A stretch of DNA of 64,000 nt from an uncultured Candidatus Binatia bacterium (GTDB lineage: Bacteria; Desulfobacterota; Binatia; UBA9968; JAJDTQ01). The stretch is from positions 1,856,001 to 1,920,000 of the forward strand of contig OZ244070.1 of NCBI GenBank assembly GCA_965215605.1, read 5' to 3'. Position 1 is the stretch's first letter. Every line of letters starts with the position of its first letter. Of the stretch, positions 1 through 10,509 are shown in pieces. A program made the translations under genes and the position numbers. Under the pieces are notes generated by a model. It did not search any database. It was not told where the DNA came from and saw nothing but the letters and a program-made list of their open reading frames with translations.

Positions 1-1
1 C

Positions 2-484
2 GACAACATCATCGGAGTGTTGTGGAGCAAACTCACCTACACCTGCTACGGTTACTACGGTTCGCTGGCGAACACGTCCATGGTGGAGAGCTGCGCCAGC
101 CCCGAAGACCGGCTGCTGCTGGCGGATTTTCTGGGGGAGGTGGTTGCCGTGGGCACGGCAGCCGGCGCCCGGTTCATTCCCCTGGCCGAGTACGACCCGC
201 CCGACCTTCATCCCGACAAGCCGGCGGAAGCGCGCACGGCCATCGTGAACGGCTATGCCGAGTCCTGGAGGTCCGACGACCTCAAGGGGCCGCTGCGGCA
301 ACTGCTGACGGGGAGCAAGCTCGAGGTGGCGTTCACCTTGGGTCACGTGGTCCGCGAGAGCGCCCGGCTCGGTCTGCCCACACCGCTTTGCGACAACCTG
401 CTGCAAATGATGCTCGACCTGGAATCGGGCAAGCGCCAACTCGGCCTCCACAACTACGCCGAACTGGCGGCCTGCCGGACATAG
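2..484 (+). CDS. Ketopantoate reductase (PanE/ApbA)-like protein, C-terminal part (5' truncated by window)
   Basis: Frame open from base 2: DNIIGVLWSKL...E..AV..A.G...KLEV...GHVVRESARLGLPTP, resembling the ApbA C-terminal domain. Confidence 0.65.
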   Translation, partial: DNIIGVLWSKLTYTCYGYYGSLANTSMVESCASPEDRLLLADFLGEVVAVGTAAGARFIPLAEYDPPDLHPDKPAEARTAIVNGYAESWRSDDLKGPLRQLLTGSKLEVAFTLGHVVRESARLGLPTPLCDNLLQMMLDLESGKRQLGLHNYAELAACRT

Positions 485-610
485 CGGGATCGGCTGCTAC
501 CCTTAGGCAAAAGGTCGTGAGAACCAATCTCACGGCCTTTTTTGCTCGGGAACGCCTTGCAGTCCAATAAGAATACCCAGCTTACATCCGGCCGGTCGAG
601 GATCTTGTAC

Positions 611-2140
611 ATGAAGCGGGCTGCCTTGGGACTGTTGCTTATCGTCTTGTTGGCGGGCGCGACCTGCTACTGGCTGACGTTCATCCGGGTCACGAACGGA
701 GGGTTGGCCTTCGAGAACAAGCTGCTGATTCCCGAGCAGCTATTCGGCACCGTCCTGGACGGACGCCGGCAGTTTCACCTGACCGTTGACGAGGGGACAC
801 GGGAGTTCCTGCCGGGCAAGCAAACGCCGACGGCCGGCGTCAACGGCCCGTTTCTGGGGCCGACGCTGCGACTGCGTCAGGGCGAGGACGTCGATCTGAT
901 CGTCCGGAACGACCTGGACGAGATGACCACCATGCACTGGCACGGAGCGCACGTTCCCGCCCGCATGGACGGCACGCCACACCAGAAGATCCAGCCCGGG
1001 ACATCGTGGACCGCCAGCTTCCAGGTCCATCAACAGGCCGCTCCGTTGTGGTACCACCCGCATCCGCACGGCGCCACGGGGCGGCATGTCTATCAGGGCG
1101 TCGCTGGCTTCATGTGGATCGACGACGAGAACAGCGAGGCGCTGGATCTGCCCAAGACCTACGGCGTTGACGACATTCCAATCGTGATCCAGGATCGGCT
1201 GTTCGGCGACGACGGTGCGTTTCGCTTTGCCATCAACCAGGGTGCCGTTTACGGCGACACCATGCTGGTCAACGGCACCTGGAGTCCGTTTGTCCAGGTC
1301 GAGTCGCGGCGAATCCGATTCAGACTGTTGAACGGCTCGAATGCGCGGATCTACTACATCGGCTTTGACGACAACCGTGTTTTTCACCAGATCGCCACGG
1401 ACGGCGGCTTCCTTGAGAGACCCCTCCGAACCGACCGCGTGGTCCTCGCTCCTGGCGAGCGGGCCGAGATCCTGGTGGACTTCAGTGATGGCGCCGAGGC
1501 GGTGTTGAAGAGCTACCCGGAAGCCGGGTTGCTGGAGACGATGGAGGCATTCTTCGGGGGGATCGGCAACGGGCACCTGGAGTTGTTGAAGATCGTTCCC
1601 CGGCCGGCAAAGCGCGCATCCCACGCTCTGCCGGAACGCCTCAACACCATTACCCGCATCGATGCCTCACAAGCCGCGAAAACCCGACCGATGGTTTTGG
1701 GAGGGCCGATACAGGGCGCACAGGGTGGACGGTTTGCTGGAGGCGGACCGGGTCCGGGGCCGCCGATCAACGGCAAGATCATGGACATGGGGAGAATTGA
1801 TGAGGTGGTGCGGCTGGGAGACATAGAGATCTGGGAAGTGGACAATCGCGGGGGGCAGGCTCACCCTTTCCACATCCACTTGGTGCAGTTCCAGATTCTC
1901 GACCGCAACGGCCAACCGCCCAGCGGCGCCGAGCTCGGCTGGAAGGACACGGTCCTGGTGCCTGCCGGTGACATCGTCCGGATCATCATGCCCTTCGATC
2001 GATATGCCGATCCGGAAGTGCCGTACATGTACCACTGCCACATCATGGAACATGAAGATAACGGGATGATGGGACAGTTCCTGGTAGTGGAAGACCCGGA
2101 GCGACTCGCCAGCCGTACGAGAAATCTGCAGCACCGGTAG
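611..2140 (+). CDS. Multicopper oxidase (CueO/SufI family) with N-terminal hydrophobic anchor
   Basis: All four Cu-binding motifs present: HWHG, WYHPH, HPFHIH, HCHIMEHEDNGMM; ATG at 611 precedes a hydrophobic helix. Confidence 0.92.
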   Translation: MKRAALGLLLIVLLAGATCYWLTFIRVTNGGLAFENKLLIPEQLFGTVLDGRRQFHLTVDEGTREFLPGKQTPTAGVNGPFLGPTLRLRQGEDVDLIVRNDLDEMTTMHWHGAHVPARMDGTPHQKIQPGTSWTASFQVHQQAAPLWYHPHPHGATGRHVYQGVAGFMWIDDENSEALDLPKTYGVDDIPIVIQDRLFGDDGAFRFAINQGAVYGDTMLVNGTWSPFVQVESRRIRFRLLNGSNARIYYIGFDDNRVFHQIATDGGFLERPLRTDRVVLAPGERAEILVDFSDGAEAVLKSYPEAGLLETMEAFFGGIGNGHLELLKIVPRPAKRASHALPERLNTITRIDASQAAKTRPMVLGGPIQGAQGGRFAGGGPGPGPPINGKIMDMGRIDEVVRLGDIEIWEVDNRGGQAHPFHIHLVQFQILDRNGQPPSGAELGWKDTVLVPAGDIVRIIMPFDRYADPEVPYMYHCHIMEHEDNGMMGQFLVVEDPERLASRTRNLQHR

Positions 2141-2185
2141 TGCGAGGATACCCTCGGCCTCGTGACTATATTGAGCTTCACGAGT

Positions 2186-2214
2186 TGGACAAATTTAACT
2201 TATAAAGTCATAAT
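2186..2214 (+). promoter_or_regulatory. Putative sigma70 promoter, probably giving a leaderless mRNA for the AAA ATPase
   Basis: TGGACA-17 nt-CATAAT ending 6 nt before ATG 2221; no Shine-Dalgarno. Confidence 0.5.
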
Positions 2215-2220
2215 ATCCGG

Positions 2221-3432
2221 ATGCAGTACCCCAGGTTGCTCGCTGACCGGCTGATCCGGCTCGCGGCACACTTTCCGGCGGTGGTGGTCACCGGTGCGCG
2301 TCAGGCGGGCAAGACGACCCTGATGCGCGCCACCTTCCCGGATCATCACTACGTTTCCCTGGACCTCCCCACCACGGCCGACCAGGCCGAACGCAATCCG
2401 GACCTGTTCCTGCACCACCATCGGGCGCCGGTGCTCATCGACGAGGTGCAGTACGCGCCCGGCCTGTTCCGCCACCTGAAAGCGGCGATCGATGACCGTC
2501 GTCCTGACATGGGCCGCTACATCCTCACCGGGAGCCAGAACTTCACGCTCATGAAAGGGATCTCGGACAGTCTTGCGGGCCGTTGCGGGATCGTGGAGTT
2601 GGAAAACCTGGCGCTGCACGAGATCGACGCCGTGACTCCTCCCGGCGACGACGCGGCCAGCCTCGCCGGCCTGATGGCCCGGGGGCAGTTCCCCGAGTTG
2701 TGGCGCGAGCCGGAGCTGCGGGCGGCGGATTTCTTCGCTTCGTACCTCGCCACCTACCTCGAGCGCGACGTGCGCCAGATCCTGAACGTGGCGAGTCTCC
2801 GGGATTTCGAGCGCTTCGTTCGCTTGCTGGCGGCTCGCTCGGCGGCCATGCTCAACAAGAGCGACGTCGCACGGGACACCGGCGTGGCGGTGAAGACCAT
2901 CGGCGAGTGGGTGAGCGTGCTCCAGGCGTCCGGCCAGATCGTCCTGCTGGAACCCTGGCACGTGAGCTTCGGCAAACGAGTGGTGAAGACTCCGAAGGTC
3001 TATTTCCGCGACAGCGGCCTGCTCTGCTTTCTGCTGGGGCTTGACGCCTCCACGCTGCTCACCTCGCCAGCCCTGGGCGCCGTATGGGAGACGTTCGTGT
3101 TCGCGGAGATGCGCAAGCTGAACGAGGCCGAATCCGCGCCTGTCAACTTCTGGTACTACCGCGACCAACGCGGCCAGGAAGTGGACTTCGTGCGCGACGC
3201 CGGCGGCGTCCTCGGCTTCATGGAGTGCAAGTGGAGCGAGCGGCCCACCCTGCGTGACGCGCGCGGGTTGCTGCGGGTGAGCGCCGGGCTGGCCGCGTCC
3301 AACAGTCCCTGGCGCCCCGGCCCGCACTACGTCATCGGCCGGCCCGTGTCCAGCCATTCCCTCGGTGAGGGCGTGACCGCCGTGTCGCTGCGCGACCTCC
3401 CCGCCATCGTCTCCGGGAATCCGCTCGCCTGA
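2221..3432 (+). CDS. AAA+ ATPase, AAA_14 + DUF4143 family
   Basis: Walker A GARQAGKT, Walker [30 protein letters not shown]-terminal EVDF..ECK nuclease-like motif. Confidence 0.9.
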   Translation: MQYPRLLADRLIRLAAHFPAVVVTGARQAGKTTLMRATFPDHHYVSLDLPTTADQAERNPDLFLHHHRAPVLIDEVQYAPGLFRHLKAAIDDRRPDMGRYILTGSQNFTLMKGISDSLAGRCGIVELENLALHEIDAVTPPGDDAASLAGLMARGQFPELWREPELRAADFFASYLATYLERDVRQILNVASLRDFERFVRLLAARSAAMLNKSDVARDTGVAVKTIGEWVSVLQASGQIVLLEPWHVSFGKRVVKTPKVYFRDSGLLCFLLGLDASTLLTSPALGAVWETFVFAEMRKLNEAESAPVNFWYYRDQRGQEVDFVRDAGGVLGFMECKWSERPTLRDARGLLRVSAGLAASNSPWRPGPHYVIGRPVSSHSLGEGVTAVSLRDLPAIVSGNPLA

Positions 3433-3541
3433 CCGGTTGCGCTGGACATCGTTGCCTCTCCGCGCCCAAAGACGTAGTAATGGCACAGCCTGGGACGTCG
3501 GCTTCAGGCGGGATGAACGCCGCCAACGAGGAGAAACGCAC

Positions 3542-4522
3542 ATGGAATACCGCCAGTTCGCAACCACCGACTGCAAGGTGTCGCCCATAGGGCTCGGCTG
3601 TCTGAGCATGTCCGGGATGTATGGCGCCGGCGACGACACGGAGTCCATCGCCACGCTGCACCGGGCCTTCGAGCTCGGCATCAACTTCCTGGACACCTCC
3701 GCCAGCTACGGCAACGGCCACAACCACGAGCTCATCGGCAAGGCCATCAAGGGCCGGCGCGACCAGGTGGTGATCCACTCCAAGTCCGGCAGCCCGCGGT
3801 CCGCCGCCGGCACCGGCCTCGACGGCGGCAGCTCGCCCGAGTACCTCGTCCAGACCTGCGAGGAGAGCCTCCAGCGACTGGGCACCGACTACCTGGACAT
3901 GTACTGCATGTCCCGCATCGACCCCGCCGTCCCGGTGGAGGAATCGGTAGGCGGTATGGCGCGCTTGGTGGAGCAAGGCAAGACCCGCTACATTGGACTC
4001 TCCGAAGCCAGCGCCGATTCCATCCGCCGCGCCCAAAAGGTCCACCCCATCGTCTCGCTCCAGATCGAATACTCACTCTGGTCCCGGGACCCCGAGCAGG
4101 GCAACATCGAGGCCTGCCGCGAGTTCGGCATGGGCCTCATGGCCTACTCGCCCTTGGGCCGCGGCTTCTTCGCCGGCGCCGTCCGCAGTCTCGACCAGCT
4201 CGCCGAACGCGACGGCCGCCGCAACCAGCCCCGCCTCCAACCGGGCAACATCGAGCGCAACCTGGAGTTACTGGCCCAAGTGGACGAGGTCGCCAGGGAC
4301 AAGGGCATCACCACCACCCAGCTCGCGCTCGCATGGCTCATGGCCCAAGGTCCGGACATCATCCCCATCCCCAGCAGCAAGAGCCGCAAGCACCTGGAGG
4401 AGAACGTCAAGGCTGTCGAGGTGGAGTTGACGGACGAGGACCTGCGCCGGCTCGACGGCATCCTTCCCTACGGCGCCGCCGCCGGGAACCGGACGCGGGA
4501 CATGAAGCGGGTGAACGTGTAG
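3542..4522 (+). CDS. Aldo/keto reductase
   Basis: [50 protein letters not shown]; GAGGAG RBS upstream. Confidence 0.93.
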   Translation: MEYRQFATTDCKVSPIGLGCLSMSGMYGAGDDTESIATLHRAFELGINFLDTSASYGNGHNHELIGKAIKGRRDQVVIHSKSGSPRSAAGTGLDGGSSPEYLVQTCEESLQRLGTDYLDMYCMSRIDPAVPVEESVGGMARLVEQGKTRYIGLSEASADSIRRAQKVHPIVSLQIEYSLWSRDPEQGNIEACREFGMGLMAYSPLGRGFFAGAVRSLDQLAERDGRRNQPRLQPGNIERNLELLAQVDEVARDKGITTTQLALAWLMAQGPDIIPIPSSKSRKHLEENVKAVEVELTDEDLRRLDGILPYGAAAGNRTRDMKRVNV

Positions 4523-4643
4523 TACCTCGCGAAGTCGCCATTTTGGGGGAGCGCCGGTTGCCTCCACCCATTTCGCTAGCAATATCAATAGGTACGGTGC
4601 GGTGGCCACCGTGCCTCCCCACGCTTTGGAGGGGGCAGCTCTG

Positions 4644-5666
4644 TCAGTCCCGTTCAAGTTGGTTCGTCGACGGCTGTGCACGCACATTGGGCAGACGATC
4701 ATTGATCGCGATTGCCAGATCGCACCCGAAGTTCCGCGTGTTGTCCGTGACTACCGTCCGGGCTCCCGTCGCCTCCACATAGGCAAGGGTTTCTTCGAAA
4801 TCAGCGTGGTTCGACAGCGCTACGCGGTATGCCCGATCTGAAAAGATCTTCAATGGATGGTCGTGGTCTACCATGTAAGCGCTACAGGTGACCATTGTCC
4901 CCTCGACTCGCTCGTTCTTGAAACCGTCGCCCTTTGAGTAGAGCCGCACATATGAACGCTGTTGCACGGCGTGCCTGCCGTCGTCGGAATCAAGCGGAAC
5001 CAGTACTCCGGGCGCGAGGCCATGCTGCTGGTATACCTGCACGCGCCGGATTAGCCGCTCGGTGGCCAGAAGGGGAACGCCCACGTTGTCTCCAAGCACC
5101 TGCAAGGTGCGTTCGATGGTTCCGGGGTGGGCGTGGATATGGACTGAACCGTGCCGTAGTCTCGCACAGACTATTTCAGACAGGCAGGCTTCCGCTTGGT
5201 CCTGCGTGTAACCTCGGACGCTACGGGGGTTACCATAAGTACTGTCAACGACCAGTTCATCGACTTGGATCACGTTGTCGAGGGGCCATCCGAAGTCGCC
5301 GGAATATCCAATCCGATGACCGTCTGGCAACTCCAGGGCAACCTGACACGATCCAAGCATGTGGTTCGATGGGACTAGATGTAACGTAAAGCCTTTTCCC
5401 AGATCATGCGCGACACCGCGTTCGACCGGGTGGAAGTTCTCTCGGTACTCCAGATCAGCATTGTACTCGGCAATGAGCAAAGCATAGGTCTCAGGGCTTA
5501 GCAGGAACTCCTGCAGCCCCTTGCTCTTGTTGAACGCACCCATGTGGTCTTCATGGACGTGTGTCTGGACACGGAAGCGGCAGCCATTAGCGAAACCGTC
5601 GCACACGACCATCTCGCCGAGGCAGACAGCGCCACTCTCCCGCACGTCAACCATCGGGTCAGGCAT
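4644..5666 (-). CDS. Metallo-beta-lactamase fold, beta-CASP-type nuclease
   Basis: THVHEDH (HxHxDH), NHMLGS, YSGDF, LVVDSTYG, ALSNHADF; ATG 5666 overlaps the upstream stop (ATGCCTGA). Confidence 0.8.
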   Translation of the reverse strand: MPDPMVDVRESGAVCLGEMVVCDGFANGCRFRVQTHVHEDHMGAFNKSKGLQEFLLSPETYALLIAEYNADLEYRENFHPVERGVAHDLGKGFTLHLVPSNHMLGSCQVALELPDGHRIGYSGDFGWPLDNVIQVDELVVDSTYGNPRSVRGYTQDQAEACLSEIVCARLRHGSVHIHAHPGTIERTLQVLGDNVGVPLLATERLIRRVQVYQQHGLAPGVLVPLDSDDGRHAVQQRSYVRLYSKGDGFKNERVEGTMVTCSAYMVDHDHPLKIFSDRAYRVALSNHADFEETLAYVEATGARTVVTDNTRNFGCDLAIAINDRLPNVRAQPSTNQLERD

Positions 5667-6369
5667 TTGCGACACACTCCGCAACAAAGGCGCGCAGCAG
5701 AGATTCAATGTCTTGCTTGCCGACATGCTTCATTGACACGCCAAAACCCTCGTCCCCGACCAAGGTGAAAATTTTGGGGCCTAGGCGTCCTGACGCCCCC
5801 TTTAGCCCGATTTTCTCCACGCCCGCCGCCAACATTGCATCCCTTTCTCTTTGTGGAAGCTCCGCAAGAGCTCGCTGTGCACCGCGATCAAGTATGGTGC
5901 CGATGAACACGTAACGCCGGTCGATTGCTTGCCGCATGTTGATGACTTCCTTCACGCACTCGCTGACCGGCCGTCGTGAGCGTTCGTGCAGTTGCACGAC
6001 CTGTCGGACCTCTTTGCTATTCAGGCCGTTGGCGAGTATCGCTTCGGCGACCGTGCGTTGGTCGTCAGCTTTCGGAAGTCGGGTGAGTTCGGTAGCACAA
6101 GAGAACCCCACGGCATCTCGAGGGCTGCCCCAACTTATCACGTGCCGGAGGTCGTCCGGGAGGTCAAGAATACGCAGGAAACGTCTAACGCCCGTCGCGT
6201 CGATCCAGGTCTCCTTTGCACATTCGTCAAGTGAACTGCCGGCATCGCATGCCCGCTGCAGCAATGCACCGACTTCGACCGGCGAAAGTAGACGCTCCTT
6301 TCTATGTTTCCCGTAGCCGACCGACATCCGGAGACGTCCAAGTTCTAGAGGGCTCAGACCTGGGAGCAT
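5659..6369 (-). CDS. ParB/Spo0J-like HTH protein lacking the N-terminal CTPase domain
   Basis: LSPVEVG..L...GSSLDECAKE..IDATGVRRFLRILDLP...GFSCATEL..L...DQ..VAEAI..GLNSKEVRQVV matches the ParB central HTH pattern; no GxRR box. Confidence 0.6.
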   Translation of the reverse strand: MLPGLSPLELGRLRMSVGYGKHRKERLLSPVEVGALLQRACDAGSSLDECAKETWIDATGVRRFLRILDLPDDLRHVISWGSPRDAVGFSCATELTRLPKADDQRTVAEAILANGLNSKEVRQVVQLHERSRRPVSECVKEVINMRQAIDRRYVFIGTILDRGAQRALAELPQRERDAMLAAGVEKIGLKGASGRLGPKIFTLVGDEGFGVSMKHVGKQDIESLLRAFVAECVANA

Positions 6370-6383
6370 GATGGCTACTAATC

Positions 6384-7202
6384 TCAGAGTCCGCGGCCGG
6401 TCAGCGCCTCTTCGATGAGCATGACGGTCGCGTCTCCCTGGTTGGTGCCTTCTTCCCGGGCGACCTGCTGGATGGCACGATGCGTATCCTGTGTCACGGT
6501 AGCGACAACCTGGATGACCTTCGAGCCGGACTTCGCGCCCTCTATAACCTCTACGACAGACTTGTCGGGATTGTCTCTTCGATCCTCCTCCACCTTCTTG
6601 CGTTGGGCTCCTGACATCGATGCCATCTCCTGGGCCAAGACAAGGGCGTCGTCGGTGTTGACCGCGCCGTCGTCGTCCGTTGCCGAATCCTGCGCACGCA
6701 GTGCGGCATTGACATCAACTTGTCCTTCGTCGACCAAGTCCTTCAGTTGTTTCACCAGCCGGGGGTACTTTACGTAGTCCCGCACTTCCCGATGGGGCAG
6801 GCCTGTTGTCTTGACCACGTCCTGAACGCTTCCGTATATGTTGTAAAGGTAAAGGATTCCATCCTTGAGTTCTTTGCCCGACAGCTTGCGACGTATTAGG
6901 TTTTCGGTGATGGAGATTGTCTTGGCCTCAGCCTGCCCGACTTGGCTGTCAAGCACGGCGGCCGAGATGGTGTCTCGATTCAGCATCTTGTAAGCGAGGA
7001 AGCGCCGCTGACCTGTAAGGATCTCCCATTTCCCGGGCTGTTGTTTCGACTTGCAAACCACGATCGGTTGCAGTAGCCCTTGCGCTTCGATACTTGCGGC
7101 GAGATCCTCAACGCCGGCCCCCGGGTTCTCTGTCCGGACCTGTCCCAGACCAATTACCAAGTCGTCGAGGGGTATTTCGCGGTAATCGATGATTTTTGCC
7201 AT
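6384..7202 (-). CDS. ParB/Srx N-terminal domain protein with HTH (ParB-like)
   Basis: LAASIEAQGLLQPIVV (box I), EILTGQRRFLA (box II GxRR), ITENLIR; AAGGAG RBS; no parA nearby. Confidence 0.85.
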   Translation of the reverse strand: MAKIIDYREIPLDDLVIGLGQVRTENPGAGVEDLAASIEAQGLLQPIVVCKSKQQPGKWEILTGQRRFLAYKMLNRDTISAAVLDSQVGQAEAKTISITENLIRRKLSGKELKDGILYLYNIYGSVQDVVKTTGLPHREVRDYVKYPRLVKQLKDLVDEGQVDVNAALRAQDSATDDDGAVNTDDALVLAQEMASMSGAQRKKVEEDRRDNPDKSVVEVIEGAKSGSKVIQVVATVTQDTHRAIQQVAREEGTNQGDATVMLIEEALTGRGL

Positions 7203-7206
7203 GGCT

Positions 7207-8619
7207 TTAGTCTCCTTCGGTTGCATTGGAAGAGGGCGAAAGGGTGCCCTCCGCAAGTTCTAAAATCTCCATGAGTTCGCGCTTGGTGAGTCGCCCGCGC
7301 ACCGTCCCCACAGATTCGATGACCTCGTCGAATAGGGCCTCCTTCCGGTCGAGCACTGTAGCTATGCGCTCTTCGACCGAGTCTCGGACCAGGAAACGGA
7401 TGACATGCAGCGGCCCTTCCCGTTCGAAGCGGTGCGCTCGGTAGACTGCCTGGAACTCGACTGCAGGATTCCACCAGCGGTCGAACAGGACGGCGTGGGT
7501 CGCCTCCCCGAGGTTCAGGCCGACGCCGCCGGCACGAAGGGAAATCAATAGTGCCCGCGGTGTTTGGCCTGTCCTGAACCGGTCGATAGAAATCTGTCTC
7601 TCGGCTGCCGGCATGGATCCGATCAGAAGGTCGTGGGGTATTCCGATCCGCTGGGAAATCTGCCGCAGGGTCTGGACGAACTGCGAAAACACAATCATCC
7701 TCGCCGATTGCCCAGCGCCTTCGCAGATGGCTGTGAGGGCCTCCAGTTTCGATGAAGCACCGCTCTCGACGTCGTAGTTGCAGATCACCTTTAGTCGCGT
7801 AATGAGACCGAGCATGGCGGCGTTGGAGTCTTCCTTTTCCCCGCCGATTTGTGCCGTTCTGGCCGCCCACAGATCGTCGTAGGCGATCCTTTGTGGCGAC
7901 GAGAGCTCGAGGTACAGATCCTGTACGATGACAGCCGGCAGTTCGGCCCGCACTTCACGTTTCCGCCGCCGCAGCATCATTGCCTCCAGCCTCTTGTTCA
8001 GCCGTGTTGCATCGGGATCCCGACGAATATCGGGGTCCAGGAAGGCGAGGATTGAGGCGACGTCTTCGCGGTCGTTTTCGAGCGGCGTCGCAGACAGTGC
8101 CCACGCACGTTTTCGCGGCAGCAGCCGGCAGGCGAGTGCCGTTGCGGAGTTCTTGTTCTTGATGCGTTGCGCTTCGTCCAGGATGACGAGATCGAACGTG
8201 CCTTTGGGAATCTGATCCAGTCCGTCTTGACGGATCTGTTCGTAAGAGGAGACGAGAACAGGGATCGGCAGCAGGTAGAATGCCTTCCGGCTGGCGGCCC
8301 CGCCCTGAAGCCGTCGCGTCGCCAGTGACGGTGCCCATGTAGTGAGTTCGGACATCCAGTTCAGCGTCAGCGAGGCAGGGGCCACGATCAAGGCTCGGTC
8401 GATCCCCTTTTGTCCATTGAGGAGAAGTGCAAGAGCGATTGCTGCCTGGACGGTTTTTCCCAATCCCATCTCGTCAGCGAGAAGGGCAGACGTGGACTGG
8501 TACAGGAATGCCACTCCCTCCCACTGGTACGTGTGAAGGGCGGCGGGGAGCATGAGTTGATCTTCGGCCGCGCTCCGGAGATCTTGCACGTCCAGCGTCA
8601 CTCGAAGACCCACACCCAC
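7207..8619 (-). CDS. Minimal SNF2-family helicase/translocase (core domains only)
   Basis: LHTYQWEGV, LADEMGLGKT, IVAPASL, ILDEAQ, LSATPLEN, IVFSQF, SLRAGGVGLNL, FDRWWNPAVEFQAVYRAHR; start uncertain. Confidence 0.92.
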   Translation of the reverse strand: MGVGLRVTLDVQDLRSAAEDQLMLPAALHTYQWEGVAFLYQSTSALLADEMGLGKTVQAAIALALLLNGQKGIDRALIVAPASLTLNWMSELTTWAPSLATRRLQGGAASRKAFYLLPIPVLVSSYEQIRQDGLDQIPKGTFDLVILDEAQRIKNKNSATALACRLLPRKRAWALSATPLENDREDVASILAFLDPDIRRDPDATRLNKRLEAMMLRRRKREVRAELPAVIVQDLYLELSSPQRIAYDDLWAARTAQIGGEKEDSNAAMLGLITRLKVICNYDVESGASSKLEALTAICEGAGQSARMIVFSQFVQTLRQISQRIGIPHDLLIGSMPAAERQISIDRFRTGQTPRALLISLRAGGVGLNLGEATHAVLFDRWWNPAVEFQAVYRAHRFEREGPLHVIRFLVRDSVEERIATVLDRKEALFDEVIESVGTVRGRLTKRELMEILELAEGTLSPSSNATEGD

Positions 8620-8736
8620 ACGGCAGCTTCAGCGATATCTCGTTGGCATGTCTCGATAACCGCCCGCGAAATGTGCTGTGTCATCGAAGTTAGCCTGTGA
8701 CCAGCGAACTGCAAATACATATGACTTCATTGACCA

Positions 8737-10509
8737 TTAGCTCTCCTCGCGTCCGGAAAAGCACCACACCTGAGCGGCCGCCTTTGCGAGGTCCCTTGAG
8801 CGTTCGGCCACCGCCGTCGGAGTCCACTCGTCATGTATAGCTACATCGCGCGTCATTCCAAATGGGCTGGTCTCAAAAACGGCCTTCTTGGCGGCGAAGT
8901 TCGCGTTGAAACGGTGCCGTGCATGATTGCCGCTGTCGCCCAGCAATGTCAGATTCCCGATTCGAGCAACCCAGTCCCGGAGGTCGTATCCCACCGACGT
9001 GAAGCCGGTCCAACCGGACCAGTAGGTCTCCGACTGCGGCAAGATGTGTTCCACGGAACATCCTTCATAGTCGAATGCGCGGCCTTCACGTTCTTGCTTG
9101 CCGTTGATTCCGAACAACAGTCGTTTGGCTCGCCGGGAATCGGTCATCTGAACATCGAGGAGGCGAGAAATAAATCGTGTGTCGTCCATTATCATCAAGT
9201 CATCACATTCTTCGAGATCTGTTTTTATGTCGAGGTCAGCGACCTTGCTACTGGTCGCGATTCTCCTGGCACAATTGGCAAAACCCGGCTCTACTCTGGA
9301 TGGTTCGAATTTGGCCCCGCAGAAGGAGAGGCGCATCACGAAGGAAGAAAGGTCGCTGAGGCAGTGATGCGCGGCTTTGGCTACTGCTCTCCGGTACCGA
9401 TCTTCGGCTTCAATGAACTTCCGTAACAATGCAAACATTAGCGGTTGCACGACCTTATAACCACCCAATTCCTGAATGAACACAGGCAGATTACGTTTGT
9501 TTCGGGTGGTGCCGGACGCCGTGCAGAAGGCATTAAGCAGTTCCTTGCTTGGGTTTGTGGCAGTGATAGTCCGGAACAGTTCCACGGCAGCGGGACTAGC
9601 AAGCTCATGGACTAGCGCGTAAACGTGCTTGTCTCCATCCGGTCGTCGCCCAGGATTGCGGATCTTCGCCCGAGTATCGCGATAAAAGCGGGTCTTCTGA
9701 AGATAGCCGTACCGACATTGAAAGAAACAGCGGAAATACTCTTGGGATCGCGTAGTGCTTCGAGTAGTTGCGAGGACGCTTTCAAGCTGCTCGTGGACGG
9801 TGGCGCGCCGCTCTGAGTCGGCAGGATCTGTGAAGTACGAGTAAAGGTGGTTTCGAATTAGATCAACGTCATCCAGTCGCTTGCCTCGTCCATTGAGGGC
9901 TTCGAAAACGGCATTGGCGTCCTCTGTCTTGGGGACGTAGAGGACACCAATCTCTACCTTCTGCGTCAGGAAATCGAAAAACGTTTGGGTCTCACTCGGC
10001 CCCATTGCGCTGACGAACAGGGCCACTTCGTTCCAGGCGGAGGTCAATTTGCCGTTCGTCCCGATGTCGAGGCCACGGATAATCTGAGTAAACCGCGATC
10101 GGTCTTGGCGTGGCGGCTCGACGCGAGGCACATCCCGGGTCGTGTCGTCGAAGTTGGTGACCGCGTTCTCCGGGCGATCGAACAGTACGCGCAACGCGAG
10201 CATTTCACGGCCAGCGTCCGTGTCGCGGTTATTTGCGAACCGCCGGCCGAATGCAGCAAAGAGTAGGGAGAGGGTGATCATGCGCTGCTGACCGTCGTTG
10301 ATTTCCCAAACATCCTCACCCGCGACCAGCATAATGGACCCGAGGAAGTAACTTGCCCGATCTTCGTCCAGGGCTTCCTTGAGGTCGACCAACAACTCGG
10401 TGACCTGCTCTACGGTCCAGTCGTAATACCGCTGATGCCACGGCACTGTGAACCGTCCCTTGAGGAAGAGCTCGGACACGAGCAATGCCTCTGACGTGAT
10501 CTGGGTCAT
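8737..10509 (-). CDS. DUF262 + DUF1524 protein (GmrSD/SspE-like NTPase-HNH nuclease)
   Basis: VPWHQRYYDW, FLGSI, INDGQQR, FEALNGRG (DUF262); SVEHILPQ and RIGNLTLL (DUF1524); ATGA overlap with dndC. Confidence 0.9.
   Translation of the reverse strand: MTQITSEALLVSELFLKGRFTVPWHQRYYDWTVEQVTELLVDLKEALDEDRASYFLGSIMLVAGEDVWEINDGQQRMITLSLLFAAFGRRFANNRDTDAGREMLALRVLFDRPENAVTNFDDTTRDVPRVEPPRQDRSRFTQIIRGLDIGTNGKLTSAWNEVALFVSAMGPSETQTFFDFLTQKVEIGVLYVPKTEDANAVFEALNGRGKRLDDVDLIRNHLYSYFTDPADSERRATVHEQLESVLATTRSTTRSQEYFRCFFQCRYGYLQKTRFYRDTRAKIRNPGRRPDGDKHVYALVHELASPAAVELFRTITATNPSKELLNAFCTASGTTRNKRNLPVFIQELGGYKVVQPLMFALLRKFIEAEDRYRRAVAKAAHHCLSDLSSFVMRLSFCGAKFEPSRVEPGFANCARRIATSSKVADLDIKTDLEECDDLMIMDDTRFISRLLDVQMTDSRRAKRLLFGINGKQEREGRAFDYEGCSVEHILPQSETYWSGWTGFTSVGYDLRDWVARIGNLTLLGDSGNHARHRFNANFAAKKAVFETSPFGMTRDVAIHDEWTPTAVAERSRDLAKAAAQVWCFSGREES

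Noticed and set aside
6384-7202. Plasmid or chromosome partition locus
   Set aside because: No parA, replication gene or recognisable parS; the gene is embedded in a helicase-nuclease operon.
8620-8736. Small ORFs (15-40 aa) between DUF262 and SNF2 as a possible dndE
   Set aside because: Too short and no recognisable similarity; one is in frame with SNF2 across a TGA but there is no evidence of read-through.
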